The notes under the pieces: model-generated
Told to the model about the DNA's origin: nothing
What the model saw: the letters and a program-made list of their open reading frames with translations, nothing else
The model's database searches: none
Origin: Octopus sinensis
Lineage: Eukaryota
DNA: 64,000 bases
Direction: 5' to 3'
Assembly: GCF_006345805.1 (NCBI RefSeq)
Contig: NC_043002.1
Coordinates: 49,414,001 to 49,478,000 of the forward strand
Translations under genes and position numbers: made by a program
Shown: positions 63,104 to 64,000 of the stretch, piece by piece
How the letters are laid out: each line of letters opens with the position of its first letter
Numbering within the stretch: position 1 is the first letter of the stretch

Positions 63104-63405
63104 GTGAAGGCACATGGCCTAGTGGTTAGAGCAGTGGACTCGCGGTCGAGATATCGCGGGTTCGAATCTCAGACCGGGTGATGTGTGTGTTTATGAGCGA
63201 AACACCTAAGCTCCACGCGGCTCCGGCAGAAGGTAATGGCGAACTTCTGCTGACTCTTTCGAAACAACTCTCTCTCTCACTCTTTCCTCCTGCATCTTGC
63301 AGCTCACCTGCGACGGACCGACGTCCCGTCCAGGTGGGGAACCTATACACCAAAGAAACCGGGAAACCGGCCCTATGAGACAGGCATGACTTGAGAAGGA
63401 GCAAA
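63104..63405 (+). mobile_element. SINE family D (tRNA-Arg TCG-like head, chimeric 3' part); 20-bp head duplication at 63081-63100
   Basis: 'ggcacatggcctagtggttagagcagtggactcgcggtcgagatatcgcgggttcgaatctc'. Confidence 0.85.
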
Positions 63406-63532
63406 CAGCATTCATTGACTGACATAATTAATTTGTATGTAAAAAAATTTTTAATCTTCGGATTTTTTAAAAATATGCTAGGCCTCTGGTTTTAATTGAT
63501 TAATATCAATTTCTAACCTTATTTGATTTTAT

Positions 63533-63600
<68 letters not shown>

Positions 63601-63692
63601 TTTATTTTATTTTATCTAGTTTCAGCTCACGAGCTGTGGCCATGCTGGGGCACCGCCAGTCATGGCGGTGCCCCAACATCTATATATATATA

Positions 63693-63734
<42 letters not shown>

Positions 63735-64000
63735 AGAATAAGAAATAGAAAGTCCTTGGAACAGTATTATGTATTTGAAAAAAATTAATGGAAATGGCTT
63801 TTGATAATTAGATCTTTATAGGTTCACTAAAGATGTGAGTGCTGAGGGCGAGGCGAGTTAGCCTATCCCCATCGGTTAGCCGTGCCTGCGTTCGGGGAGT
63901 GATGGACCGATCGATTTCCCCACCCCTTAAAATTGCTGGCCTTGTGCCAAACTAAGACAGGATTAATTAATATTTATTTTATTTTATTCCGGAAGAGAGA

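Noticed and set aside
63104-63180. tRNA-Arg-like sequences (also 2350, 44961, 36180)
   Set aside because: No complementary acceptor stem, and each continues into a shared SINE body; these are SINE heads, not tRNA genes

Overview
AT-rich eukaryotic genomic DNA, most likely from an octopus. This assignment is inferred from the extreme density of (TA)n/(CA)n/(TATC)n/(TATG)n/(TAA)n microsatellites and from several tRNA-derived SINE families, some with Arg-type anticodon loops. I recognise no host gene. Every long ORF in the track is either a microsatellite artefact or a transposon remnant. Recognisable elements: about 40 SINE copies in 4-5 families; five R4/Dong-type (restriction-like endonuclease) LINE fragments sitting in (TAA)n; a decayed Penelope-like (PLE) RT plus 7-8 PLE terminal-repeat fragments; CR1-type, RTE-type and L1/Tx1-type LINE fragments; a Gypsy pol relic; a near-complete DD34D mariner; a DD37D (maT-type) element; MITEs; and a 560-bp foldback. 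Highlights: (1) at least seven hammerhead-ribozyme motifs in the PLE termini, including one with a fully canonical core and extended stem I (61763-61836) and a four-copy family with a non-canonical U at core position 6; (2) a same-strand stack of four different R4/Dong families separated by TAA runs, with an unclassified TAA-flanked repeat in the same polarity; (3) a twin-priming-type 5' inversion in one of those R4/Dong copies. All structures and translations were read by eye. No searches or folding programs were run, and SINE boundaries are approximate (about 10-20 bp).
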